DNA from: a virus
Taxonomy: Duplodnaviria; Caudoviricetes
Virus record (IMG/VR): IMGVR_UViG_2588253758_000004
Direction: 5' to 3' (one strand)
Length of the DNA: 64,000 nt
This document shows, piece after piece, positions 1 through 9,081 of this stretch (positions are counted from its first letter, which is position 1; each line of letters begins with the position of its first letter). The notes under the pieces are model-generated. The model searched no databases, was not told the origin of the DNA, and saw only the letters and a list, made by a program, of their open reading frames with translations. The translations under genes were made by a program, and so were the position numbers.

Positions 1-1020
1 TTATGTCAGCCACGGATTCTTATACGGGTCATAATCAGTCTGGAACGTTGACAGCTGCCAGTCTGTGATGGGTTGCTTATCATCTGCCAGCTTGCGGGGA
101 ATCTGAGGGTTTAGGCGAAGTTTTGAGGCATCGTTCAGCCACTTCATTGAGTCCTCGTAGTCTCGCATCCGCACCACGCCAACGTTGTTCGGAGCTACTA
201 ATTTTGTCAATTCATAGACCGCCAAGCGAACCATATGTTTCTTGAGGTTGTAGTTCCGGGGGTCTCCCAACACGATGTTGTGGCCCACGATAGGCACATC
301 GGCATTGACATCCATTCCAGGATAGAAAACTTTGCCCTCATACACCACATACTCGTGCCCCTCCAAGTTATAATCGTTATATGCCGAGGCATAATCGGCA
401 ATAGCACCCCAGCAATCGGACTCTAAGGGGTCGACATTGTTATCAAAGCTCTCCAGCGACATCAGTGTATAGAACGCCCCATTGAATAAAACTACACTCC
501 ACAGAGTGTAATCTACGGGCAGCCATTCATCAACCTCTTTCTCCACCCAGCCATTGACCAGCGGAATACGAATATCCGAGAACTTATAGCCGTTGTCGTT
601 GAGGCAACGATAGACAATGCCGTTGTAAAGCACAATATCACCCACACGATAGGTCTCAAACTGAGAATAGCGGGGCAAGTCATCAGGGTTGAGATTCGTA
701 TCGACATACTCCTCCCAAAACTCTTTGGTTGCTGGAGTCTTGTAGCCGCTCATCGAGCGAATCACCTCGTAGATGCGTCCATCGAAGTAGATATGCACGC
801 CAACAGGAAAGGTTATCTTGCGGTCGTGCTCGGCAATGAACTTGCCTTTGAGAAACTCTTTCTCAATCTCGTAGTTCTCGCTGAGATACTCCGTTATACT
901 CATTTCGGCGGACTGCTCGGCTTGAATAAAACGCTCGCCATCGCCACGGGTAAGTTGAGCAAGGGCATCGGCTGTGATGATGCCCAAGTAGTCGTTATCG
1001 TTTAAAAATCGTCTGTACAT
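1..1020 (-). CDS. Mu gp36/DUF1320-like head-tail adaptor with a large internal insertion of aromatic repeats
   Basis: N-terminal FLNDNDY..ITADAL..AEQSAEMSITEYLSENY and C-terminal RNYNL..LAVYEL..RDYEDSMKWL match the gp36 pattern; directly downstream of TerL. Confidence 0.6.
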   Translation of the reverse strand: MYRRFLNDNDYLGIITADALAQLTRGDGERFIQAEQSAEMSITEYLSENYEIEKEFLKGKFIAEHDRKITFPVGVHIYFDGRIYEVIRSMSGYKTPATKEFWEEYVDTNLNPDDLPRYSQFETYRVGDIVLYNGIVYRCLNDNGYKFSDIRIPLVNGWVEKEVDEWLPVDYTLWSVVLFNGAFYTLMSLESFDNNVDPLESDCWGAIADYASAYNDYNLEGHEYVVYEGKVFYPGMDVNADVPIVGHNIVLGDPRNYNLKKHMVRLAVYELTKLVAPNNVGVVRMRDYEDSMKWLNDASKLRLNPQIPRKLADDKQPITDWQLSTFQTDYDPYKNPWLT

Positions 1021-1024
1021 TTTT

Positions 1025-2617
1025 CTAATAGTTAAATCCGTTATAGACCGCCGGAGCCGTCACGATGCCACTGTCGCCGTTGTCAGTTCCGCTTTTGAAC
1101 TTGTACCAGCTATCACGCAGGTAGTAGCAAAGCAGATAATCAAGACAGTCTGAAAGGTGTCCATACTTCTCATACTTTACACCGGTTTTGGGGTCGGTGG
1201 TCTTATGCTTTGCTTTCGTGCCGTCTTCGTTGCGGAGCTGGTAAATCAAATCCTCAGTAAGTTTGCGGCACTTCAAATCAATCTCAATCGTCCAGCCATT
1301 GTAGCCGTCAAATAGCTCGTTGGCAAACTCGCATCGTGTCACCTGTGGTGGCTGTTTGCGGAGCAGTTTCAGTTTTGGACGCAAAATCCCCTTGCCAAAA
1401 GTCTCCATAATTACCGTGTAGTTGTTCACCCCGTCTTCCGTAGCAGAAGAGCGTTGCAATCCTGACGGGTCGCCTGTAACATCTACGCCGCCAATATGCT
1501 TCTCTCGATAGAGTTTTTGTTGCATCCGTCGAGCTAATGCCGGAGTGTTGTTCTCTTTGTCTTGTGGTTTGCCTAATATCTCCTCTATGATGTAAAGTTT
1601 CTTATTCTCATAATCCACCTGAGCCAGCAGTACTGACATTTGCGGAGCAACGTTGAAGTCCCAAACGGTAATCAGTGGCCTGGTTGGGTCATAGACTTTC
1701 TCTTTGAGTCCTGTGATAAGGTGCTTTGAGCCGTCAAACTTTCCGTAGATTGCCATATCGTTTGCCTCCACAAAATCCCAGTTACCATATAGCAGACGCT
1801 CTTTGGTGGCTTGGTCAGATATTTTGTTGAGTGCCGCCTCGTAGGTCTGACGAAAGCCGATATCGGGGTTATCAAAGACGCTGAATGGAACGTAAAACTC
1901 ACCCTCTCGACAGGTAACTCTATCGCCGTTATCGTCCTGCACAAATCGCCCACGCACCCAGTTGGTCGTCGGGTTGGTGGTAAGTAACATCTTCGACACC
2001 ATAAAGGTCTCGTGCGTTCGCCAACGAAGACGGGAAAACAAAACCTCTATAGCCTTCTGCGAAATCTCTGACACCTCATCCACGGCACATATAGTCGCCT
2101 CCATCGACCCAAACCGCTCAAAGTTCGGGTCAGAGGGTTGGTCGGCCATATCGAGCATCAAGATCACCGAGTCGTTCCAAAACCGCAGCGTACCGGCAAT
2201 GTTGTTGACACGGTAATGCACATCTTCTACAAGCCCCCACCGCTTAATCACCATTCGAATCGTGTTCCAAGTCGATTCTTTGAGTGACTTCAATGTCTTA
2301 CGGGCGACAACCGCCCGAATCTCCCCAAACCTGATACAACTACTCACCAACCAAACCGAAGCAAGGTAACTCTTGCCTCCGCCGGCCGCGCCACCTCCGA
2401 GTATGAGTTGTGGAATGTTGTGATTACCGCATTTGCCACAAAATGGCTTGTATTGCGGATTGTTGTTTTGGTCGTGACCGATGAGTTGTTGCTGGATAAA
2501 TCCACCACACAACGGACACTCCGGCTGCAACAGTTTCCATAGCTCATACTGCTTTGGCGAGGGGCTGAAGTCGATGTGGAGATTGTCGGGCGCAATGAGT
2601 TTACGCAACTTCCCCAT
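1025..2617 (-). CDS. terL: Terminase large subunit
   Basis: Walker A GGGAAGGGKS, Walker B AVDEVSE, coupling motif TTNP, nuclease WDFN and HLSDCLDY. Confidence 0.92.
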   Translation of the reverse strand: MGKLRKLIAPDNLHIDFSPSPKQYELWKLLQPECPLCGGFIQQQLIGHDQNNNPQYKPFCGKCGNHNIPQLILGGGAAGGGKSYLASVWLVSSCIRFGEIRAVVARKTLKSLKESTWNTIRMVIKRWGLVEDVHYRVNNIAGTLRFWNDSVILMLDMADQPSDPNFERFGSMEATICAVDEVSEISQKAIEVLFSRLRWRTHETFMVSKMLLTTNPTTNWVRGRFVQDDNGDRVTCREGEFYVPFSVFDNPDIGFRQTYEAALNKISDQATKERLLYGNWDFVEANDMAIYGKFDGSKHLITGLKEKVYDPTRPLITVWDFNVAPQMSVLLAQVDYENKKLYIIEEILGKPQDKENNTPALARRMQQKLYREKHIGGVDVTGDPSGLQRSSATEDGVNNYTVIMETFGKGILRPKLKLLRKQPPQVTRCEFANELFDGYNGWTIEIDLKCRKLTEDLIYQLRNEDGTKAKHKTTDPKTGVKYEKYGHLSDCLDYLLCYYLRDSWYKFKSGTDNGDSGIVTAPAVYNGFNY

Positions 2618-3051
2618 TAGGCTATCTCGATTGTGATGTTTTTCTCTTTGCTGAGAATTTCGTTCAATCGGTCAGAGGTTGATCTCGACTCTGTTACCTT
2701 TCCCTTGATGGTGTTATTTCCAACAATGATGCAACCAGCCGAGTCAGCGTCCGTTGTTCCGGAGTGAATAAGAATACCCAGAAAATGAGGCACATCGTGC
2801 AGGTATGGCAACACTCGTTTGAACTTTGGGCTCATCTGCATCGTCACTTTGTAGGTGCCGTATGGTATAGCAGTTTCTGCATAGACCTTCTCTTTGCATC
2901 GGCACGCTATGCCCTGCGGAGTGTCGGGACATAGCAACGGGAGGATTCTCACTTTGTCCTCAATGGTGTTGCAGAAGAACTCGCCGTCGATGAACAGGTC
3001 GCCCACGGTGTAGGTTTCGCCTTTGAATTTGCGTTTTAGAAGTAGTTTCAT
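2617..3051 (-). CDS. DUF5675-family protein, putative endolysin (peptidase)
   Basis: LKR..YTVGDLFIDG.FFCNTIED, TAIP.GTY, GILIHSG, SAGCIIVG signature; lies next to membrane/lysis genes. Confidence 0.75.
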   Translation of the reverse strand: MKLLLKRKFKGETYTVGDLFIDGEFFCNTIEDKVRILPLLCPDTPQGIACRCKEKVYAETAIPYGTYKVTMQMSPKFKRVLPYLHDVPHFLGILIHSGTTDADSAGCIIVGNNTIKGKVTESRSTSDRLNEILSKEKNITIEIA

Positions 3052-3078
3052 CTTTGAATGTATTTCGATTTACACTCA

Positions 3079-3110
3079 AAGAATAGGCGTATTGCTCGCT
3101 GAAAGTTTGA
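3079..3110 (-). promoter_or_regulatory. Putative phage-sigma late promoter (copy 1)
   Basis: Minus strand TCAAACT-N17-CTATTCTT, 28 nt upstream of the DUF5675/terL start. Confidence 0.75.
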
Positions 3111-3128
3111 ATTTTATGCCCTAACGCC

Positions 3129-3161
3129 AAAAAAGCCGAAACGTATCATACGCCTCGGCTT
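3129..3161 (-). terminator. Rho-independent terminator after HU gene
   Basis: AAGCCGA..TCGGC hairpin followed by T6 on the minus strand. Confidence 0.75.
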
Positions 3162-3180
3162 ATAAAATATCATATCAATC

Positions 3181-3489
3181 CTACTTTTTCTTTGCCTCTT
3201 TTGAAAGTTTGTCTATCGTTTCATCAGTGGGCTTAAACTTTCGAGTAGCTCGGAATGCAACCGATGCTTTAGAAGGTATTTGCACTTGTGAGCGATTCTT
3301 TGGGTGAACTGTCACTTTGGGTTTATGATATTTGAGAGAAAACTTACCAAAGTTGGCAATATTGACCTCTTCCCCATTTTCCAAAGCCCTTAAAATCTCT
3401 TCAAACAATGGTTCTACAATTTTATTGACCTCCCACTGTGCGTAATCGGTTTTCCGTGCTATTTCGGCTACAAGTATTCGTTTATCCAT
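3181..3489 (-). CDS. HU/IHF-family DNA-binding protein
   Basis: L..GEEVNIANFGKF, HPK..IP.K..V.F motifs; own Bacteroidetes -7 box TATCTTTG at 3516-3523 (minus). Confidence 0.88.
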   Translation of the reverse strand: MDKRILVAEIARKTDYAQWEVNKIVEPLFEEILRALENGEEVNIANFGKFSLKYHKPKVTVHPKNRSQVQIPSKASVAFRATRKFKPTDETIDKLSKEAKKK

Positions 3490-3546
3490 CTAATCATCTT
3501 GTTATTTAGAACGCGCAAAGATAGCGATTTGTCTCGATTTATTGAG

Positions 3547-4146
3547 CTATTTGGCGATGTGTATATACTCTGAATAAGTGATTTCAACGTGTGGATTGTC
3601 GCTCGTGATAGTTTGATGTACGGCTTTGACCTTTTTCCAGAAGAGCCAGCGGCGTTTATACTCAACCCACACCGCTTGCCGAAGCGTAACGGGCAGGTGA
3701 ATCGAGCCGACTAACGACTCGTTTTCGATTGTACCGGCGAGTTTCAGATATGGCGTATTCATCGAAACACTTTTGATAACCACCGGCACTGTATCACGAA
3801 TAATAATAGAGTCGCGAATCTGTGCAGCAATGGGTGCATTGACCTCCAATTGATGCTTGGCTGCGGACTCCAGATTCTTGATTTTAATGCCCATCTGTTT
3901 AATCTTTGCGACATCCTCGGCTCGGTAGTATTCAAACTCATCTGAGCTCATCAAAAGCCGTTTGACATCGGTGGCCATAGTTGCCGAGTCGATTTGCCAC
4001 TGCCTCATATCCGAAAGCAGTGCATCGTTGTTTAACTGATAGCGATCTCGCTCTTGTCGGATAGCTACGATACGTTTTTGTTGCAACCAAACTGCCACTC
4101 CCAGCAGAATGATTACGATAATTCCCGCTATTTTAATCTTGCTCAT
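3547..4146 (-). CDS. DUF6549-like membrane-anchored coiled-coil protein, possible spanin (start revised to MSKIK)
   Basis: N-terminal TM helix, coiled coil, RRWLFWKK C-terminus; in lysis cluster. Confidence 0.55.
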   Translation of the reverse strand: MSKIKIAGIIVIILLGVAVWLQQKRIVAIRQERDRYQLNNDALLSDMRQWQIDSATMATDVKRLLMSSDEFEYYRAEDVAKIKQMGIKIKNLESAAKHQLEVNAPIAAQIRDSIIIRDTVPVVIKSVSMNTPYLKLAGTIENESLVGSIHLPVTLRQAVWVEYKRRWLFWKKVKAVHQTITSDNPHVEITYSEYIHIAK

Positions 4147-4345
4147 AAGCGGAAGCTTTAGGAATAAACCAAACAAATTCATCTTTATACGTTTCAGGGA
4201 TTAGTACCATATAACCCTTTGCCTTACGACTTTTGTCCGTAAGGTCTTCCAAAACAATCCCCTGTTCACCCAGCAGTGCGTCTAAGCGCAGCTCTGTCAG
4301 TTCCGGCGAAGGGATAATTGTTATTTTACTGCCTTCTGTAATCAT
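4133..4345 (-). CDS. Hypothetical small protein
   Basis: 70-aa ORF tightly packed between neighbours. Confidence 0.6.
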   Translation of the reverse strand: MITEGSKITIIPSPELTELRLDALLGEQGIVLEDLTDKSRKAKGYMVLIPETYKDEFVWFIPKASAYEQD

Positions 4346-4355
4346 AGCTAACCCA

Positions 4356-4646
4356 TTATTTTTTCGTTTTTAATAGTTCTTTTATGTCGGAGCGCATCTC
4401 TCGCAGGTCGGTTTGAATCGACACGAACTGTGTCATTGTGGCTTCGAATACCGCCTTATCGAGCTTGATAGCGTCGATGCGGTCGTACTGATCTGCTATC
4501 TTTGCCTCCAACGCCGTACATTTGGCATTAAGGGCTGAAATCTGCTGAGTGTTGCTGACGTGCTGAACATAGAAGGTGATTACAAAAGATGCAATCACAA
4601 TGAGCACTCGGAGGTTTGTGGTGATAAAGTCTTTAAATTGAGTCAT
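4356..4646 (-). CDS. Putative holin-like membrane protein
   Basis: Single N-terminal TM segment plus coiled coil with charged C-terminus; lysis context. Confidence 0.5.
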   Translation of the reverse strand: MTQFKDFITTNLRVLIVIASFVITFYVQHVSNTQQISALNAKCTALEAKIADQYDRIDAIKLDKAVFEATMTQFVSIQTDLREMRSDIKELLKTKK

Positions 4647-4651
4647 TCGTA

Positions 4652-4807
4652 TTATGGGATTAAAATTGAAAATGCTTCTTTGACCGCTCGGATAAGTCCC
4701 TGAGCCGATTCACTATCTTTGAACACACCGAAGAACACCAACCCCACAATCAGGGTGATGTAGATTATCCTTTCGGCTGTTTGTCTGCTAATCTTCACTC
4801 TCTTCAT
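4652..4807 (-). CDS. Small membrane protein (start revised to MKRVK)
   Basis: One hydrophobic helix IIYITLIVGLVFFGVF; overlaps end of terS. Confidence 0.5.
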   Translation of the reverse strand: MKRVKISRQTAERIIYITLIVGLVFFGVFKDSESAQGLIRAVKEAFSILIP

Positions 4808-5285
4808 TGTGTGTAGGAGGATTTTGGGGTACAATCACATTAAAGATGATGTTGCCCGAGTTATCTTTATTTCTATTGCTCTCTGATGCCGAATGCTTAA
4901 TCGGGAATATCTCCATCAAAGCTTTAGCTGCGTTCACCGACACAGCACGCAGCGGAGCGGGAGATACAGGCACACCAAATTTGTCGATATACTCACCCTT
5001 AGCAGTCTCAGACATCACCGCTTTGAGAGTCTCTGCCACCTGTAATTTCACCGCAATCGTTTCAGTCTCAATATCACGCACCTTAACAAGCTCCTTGATA
5101 TACGAGGCGATGTGTTCTTGCGCCATCAAACGACGAGCAGCCAGAGCTATGTTCTTGCGATTCTCGCCGAACACCTCACGATAGCACGCCTCGGCTTGTC
5201 CTGCAAACTCTTTGTCACCATCGACAAAAAGGTCGCAGAACTCCATTTCGCTCTCAGTCAGTTTTATTTCGTTATTCTCTTCCAT
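4788..5285 (-). CDS. terS: Putative terminase small subunit
   Basis: KLTESEMEFCDLFV..A.RL...I..YI pattern of TerS helical N-terminus; late promoter upstream. Confidence 0.6.
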   Translation of the reverse strand: MEENNEIKLTESEMEFCDLFVDGDKEFAGQAEACYREVFGENRKNIALAARRLMAQEHIASYIKELVKVRDIETETIAVKLQVAETLKAVMSETAKGEYIDKFGVPVSPAPLRAVSVNAAKALMEIFPIKHSASESNRNKDNSGNIIFNVIVPQNPPTHNEESED

Positions 5286-5332
5286 ATCTAAAATTGAGCC
5301 CGGAAGGGATATCCGGGCTGCTCTTATTCCTT

Positions 5333-5599
5333 CTATTTAAGAATAGTGGTTTGCTGGTCGGGAGGTTTAATGAGATGTGATTTTTCTTGAATTAATTGCT
5401 CCATCAGCAGTTCGTAAAAAACCTGTGCCAGGGCATTGGCTGCTGCTTCGGCATCGGCGAGTGAGTTGATGGTTCGCATATTAAAGGCGATGTTCAGGTC
5501 GTAGCCCGAGATTACAGCCATCATCTCCTGACCGCTGTAATCCATCGCCCCGTAGGTCATTCTCTCTGACTCTTTGAAGGTAATTTGTTTCTCGTCCAT
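5333..5599 (-). CDS. Hypothetical protein
   Basis: 88-aa ORF, 3 nt after exonuclease stop. Confidence 0.65.
   Translation of the reverse strand: MDEKQITFKESERMTYGAMDYSGQEMMAVISGYDLNIAFNMRTINSLADAEAAANALAQVFYELLMEQLIQEKSHLIKPPDQQTTILK
5339..5370 (-). promoter_or_regulatory. Putative phage-sigma late promoter (copy 2)
   Basis: TTAAACC-N17-CTATTCTT upstream of terS, inside the 3' end of the preceding ORF. Confidence 0.75.
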
Positions 5600-5602
5600 A
5601 AC

Positions 5603-6376
5603 TTAAATTTTAAAGTGGGTACGTGTTTTCTCCTGCTTTGCCATTACAAAGCCTTCTGTTCCCTCTTGTCTGAGTCGTGATGCACAAACGGCAGCGATAT
5701 TGAGAGTTGCCGTAACGTCTGCACCAGCATCGTGGGCATCATCTAAGAGGATTCCGAAACGCTCGGCAAGTATCTCCAACTTGTAAGAGGTTACATCCGC
5801 TCGATTACAAAAAGCCAGTCGCCCAAGGTCGATGGTGTCGATGTAGTGAGGCTGAAAATTGCCGTAAAAGTCGGTCGTTCCGGCAAAGCACTTCTCAAAC
5901 TCTTTACTCAGCGCGGCATAAGCCATCATCTGCTGCAAGAAACCAATGTCGAAAGTGATATTCTGCCCGATGAGTATCGGTTTGCATTGAGCACCTTTGG
6001 AGAGTGTGTGCTTTTGGACAAATTCAACAACCTCAGTGGCAACCTCCTTAATGTCAAAGCCCATCAGATTGAGTGTCTCCATCGTGATTGCCGTGTATGC
6101 CAAAGCCTCTTTTTCATACTTCATCAGTACGCCCTCTGCCTCCTCTTCAATAGCGTGGCGAGTTTTCAGCACCTTACGTTTGGGAGTACCACCAATATCC
6201 TGCTTGTTGTATGGGGTGATATACTTCTGGTACGCTCCCAAAACCTCCCAGTTATCCAATCTTACTGCCTGCATCGCTATCTGAGTGCAGGCACAATCCC
6301 TACAATCCAATCCACCGGTCTCAAAGTCCAGAACAATGGCGGTATATATCTTTGGTTCTACCTTTGGCGCTGCCAT
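5603..6376 (-). CDS. DEDDh 3'-5' exonuclease (DnaQ/epsilon-like)
   Basis: ExoI LDFETGG, ExoII GQNITFD, ExoIII AHDAGADV. Confidence 0.9.
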   Translation of the reverse strand: MAAPKVEPKIYTAIVLDFETGGLDCRDCACTQIAMQAVRLDNWEVLGAYQKYITPYNKQDIGGTPKRKVLKTRHAIEEEAEGVLMKYEKEALAYTAITMETLNLMGFDIKEVATEVVEFVQKHTLSKGAQCKPILIGQNITFDIGFLQQMMAYAALSKEFEKCFAGTTDFYGNFQPHYIDTIDLGRLAFCNRADVTSYKLEILAERFGILLDDAHDAGADVTATLNIAAVCASRLRQEGTEGFVMAKQEKTRTHFKI

Positions 6377-6891
6377 CTGCAAATCTTTTTATAGGTTTCG
6401 TAAATCTTCATATCGAACTCCTCGATCGTGCCGTTGTTCTCAATCACGCAGTCGTAATAGCCCAGCGGTAGTGGTTCTCGGTCTTCGTCTCGCATAATCC
6501 GACATAGTGGTATGCCTCGCTCAAGCAAGGTGTCCATTGTCGCCTCCACACGAATGGAGATAATATCGAACTTGTGGCTCTTATTCTCTTTGAGGAATCG
6601 CAGTCCACGCTCATCGACCACGTAGGCACAGTAACCTTTGGGCGGCACCTGCTCCTCAAGGGCGAAGTATTCATAGTCGGCAAATTTGGTGTAGGATAGC
6701 ATCTGGGAGCGTCCGAAACGGTGAGCATTTTTGATGTAGTAATGGTCCACACCCTCAATTTCACCCTCTCGCATCGGGCGTGTCGTGTGCGATACAATCA
6801 GATACACGCCTAACTGCTCTTGCAGCATTTTTGAAAGGTAGGTCTTGCCCGAGCCGCTTGCCCCGACAATGGCGATAATAGTTGGTTTCAT
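6358..6891 (-). CDS. gmk: Guanylate kinase-like nucleotide kinase
   Basis: GASGSGKT P-loop, SHTTRPMREGE..GVDHYY. Confidence 0.88.
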   Translation of the reverse strand: MKPTIIAIVGASGSGKTYLSKMLQEQLGVYLIVSHTTRPMREGEIEGVDHYYIKNAHRFGRSQMLSYTKFADYEYFALEEQVPPKGYCAYVVDERGLRFLKENKSHKFDIISIRVEATMDTLLERGIPLCRIMRDEDREPLPLGYYDCVIENNGTIEEFDMKIYETYKKICRWQRQR

Positions 6892-6903
6892 TGTTGTGAA
6901 AAG

Positions 6904-7287
6904 TTAGATGATTTCTAAAATTGTTGATTTGTAAGAACTTAAACTATTAGCCCCCAAGTAATCGCTGTATCTGATTTGGGCGGAGACTACAATCACGTTA
7001 TCTTTTAGGTTTTTAATCTTCTCGGCGTACTCTTGGAGCGTATCATCCCAAAGCACCATTTCGACTGCATCGTTGTTCTGCTGGAGGGTGATTTTCAGAA
7101 AGCGGCGTTTCTCACCGGTCATCTTGTCTGTGTAGGATTTCTCTTCTGTCTCGATGACCGTGGCACAAATGGCCACACGCTTACTCTCATTATCGAGGTT
7201 GAGCACATCAGCCAAATTCATATAGGCGGCTCGACCCTTGAACAACTCTTTGCTCTTGGAGGAGTCGAAAATCCCTCTGTAATCGAC
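6904..7287 (-). pseudogene. dnaE: C-terminal OB-fold segment of DnaE, in frame with 7288..9081 but cut off by one TAA
   Basis: Frame continues GVG*VDYRGIFDSSKSKELFKG...; OB-fold-like TGEKRRFLKITLQQ..VEMVLW. Confidence 0.7.
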
Positions 7288-9081
7288 TTATCCCACGCCC
7301 GAAAGGGCTATTTGTTGCATCGACCAATAGTGAGGTTTGAGCACCATATCGGCAGGAAAATCCTGTTCACTGAGCGTAAATCCTAATAGCTCGGCAGCCT
7401 GTTGAACGATGCGGTAGCGGTCGGTTATCACATCAACACCCTCGATATTGTCAAAGCACCCGGCAAGAATCATATTGCGAATATGCCGTGCATTGACCGG
7501 GACACGTGATTGTTGCTCAGTATTGTCGGGGTCATCCCAATACTCATAGCGTTTGAGTTTGTGTTTAAATATCCTATGGATAAAGTTCTCAAGCGAAGTG
7601 AAGAGCCCGTTTTTGGTTCGTTCTTCGATAACATAGCTTGCCGCCTTGCTTCCGACCATCTTTATGCGGGTAAGCGACCAGAAAATCTTATCCTGAGCAT
7701 AGTCGGTTGTAAAGTGCACATCAGACACATTGATATCCGGAGGCACAATCTTAGCAACTGAGCATTGCTCCATCTCGGACATCAACGTCGATATCTCCTT
7801 GTCATCGGCCCATTGGAGTGCAACGGTGTAGAATGCCGTAGGAAAGTTGGCTTTGAGGTAAGCTCCAACATAGGCGGTAATGGCATAAGCGGTTGCGTGC
7901 GACTTATTGAAAAGATAGGACCCACCGGACTCAATCATCTCCCAAATCTTCACGGCATCTTCCTCTGGGCAACCTCTCTGGGCAGCTCCACTGAGAAACT
8001 TCTCTTTCATAGCGTGGATCTTGTCGATACGCTTTTTTGAGATGAGTTTCAGCAAGCTTACACCTTCACCAAGCGAGAAACCACCCACCTCACGAGCTAT
8101 CTGAGCCAGTGATTCCTGATAAGTCAGCTGACCAAAGCTATCTTTGAGTGCATCGTAAGTCCCCCATAGGTATTGAGGTTCGACCTCGCCACGTTTGCAG
8201 AGCAGGTATTTCTCTGCCGAGCCTGATTCTAACGTTGCCGGGCGATACAAGGCATTAGCCGCTATCAGGTCATTGATACAGTCGGGGCGCATATCCATCA
8301 GATACTTGGTCATTCCACGAGATGAGAATTGAAACACATTTTGGCAATGACCATCAGAGAGAATCTGATAGGTTTTTTCATCATCCAAATCTCCTTTCAC
8401 AATCTCTTCAAACGATAATCCGGCATTATACACCCTGTTGCATTCATTGATGGTCTGATTGATTTTAGATAGCTCCTTGATGCCCAAACAGTCGTTTTTG
8501 AGCAGTCCGACCTCATCTAATGAGTAGCCGTCAAACTCGGACACCAGAACACCATCTACTTTTTTAATAGGCGTATAGTCGAAACACTCCATCGGCTGAC
8601 CGTCTTTGGTTTCGGGGGTAATAAGTATGGCTGAAGCGTGAACCGATGCGGAGCGAGGTTGCCCCATCAGCGGACGAATATCCTCAATCACCTGCGGATA
8701 ACGAGTAATAAAATCCTTAACCTTCCTGTTGGTTGCCGCCAGCTTAAAGAGGTCTGTCCACGTCATTTTATCATCGTCAAAAATGGCGGTGATATAGTTG
8801 GTGATACTCAGTGGCACTTTGTGCACACGGGCAACGTCCTTGATAGCGGCTTTGATTTTTAGTGTAGTCAGTGTTCCGGCGGAGAACACACGCTGTTTGC
8901 CGCCTGTGTTATATCGTCTCTCCAAATACTCCTTGACCTCACCACGGCGGTCTGATTGGTAGTCGATATCCACGTCAGCCAATACGCCACCGGTGCCCTG
9001 CAAGTAACCATCTCCCACGCAGCTATCCAAGACTGCCACTAAATCGGGAGCTTGTTTTACCTCTATCTTATTTATTCTCAT
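7288..9081 (-). CDS. dnaE: DNA polymerase III alpha, C-terminal fragment (catalytic palm/fingers)
   Basis: ADVDIDY, SVHASA, LLKNDCLG, VFQF, ALYRP, YLFNKSHATAY, PPDINVS. Confidence 0.92.
   Translation of the reverse strand: MRINKIEVKQAPDLVAVLDSCVGDGYLQGTGGVLADVDIDYQSDRRGEVKEYLERRYNTGGKQRVFSAGTLTTLKIKAAIKDVARVHKVPLSITNYITAIFDDDKMTWTDLFKLAATNRKVKDFITRYPQVIEDIRPLMGQPRSASVHASAILITPETKDGQPMECFDYTPIKKVDGVLVSEFDGYSLDEVGLLKNDCLGIKELSKINQTINECNRVYNAGLSFEEIVKGDLDDEKTYQILSDGHCQNVFQFSSRGMTKYLMDMRPDCINDLIAANALYRPATLESGSAEKYLLCKRGEVEPQYLWGTYDALKDSFGQLTYQESLAQIAREVGGFSLGEGVSLLKLISKKRIDKIHAMKEKFLSGAAQRGCPEEDAVKIWEMIESGGSYLFNKSHATAYAITAYVGAYLKANFPTAFYTVALQWADDKEISTLMSEMEQCSVAKIVPPDINVSDVHFTTDYAQDKIFWSLTRIKMVGSKAASYVIEERTKNGLFTSLENFIHRIFKHKLKRYEYWDDPDNTEQQSRVPVNARHIRNMILAGCFDNIEGVDVITDRYRIVQQAAELLGFTLSEQDFPADMVLKPHYWSMQQIALSGVG

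Noticed and set aside
663-692. Possible 11th late promoter (GAGAATAG..GGTTGA)
   Set aside because: Spacing and upstream box do not fit, and no evident start downstream
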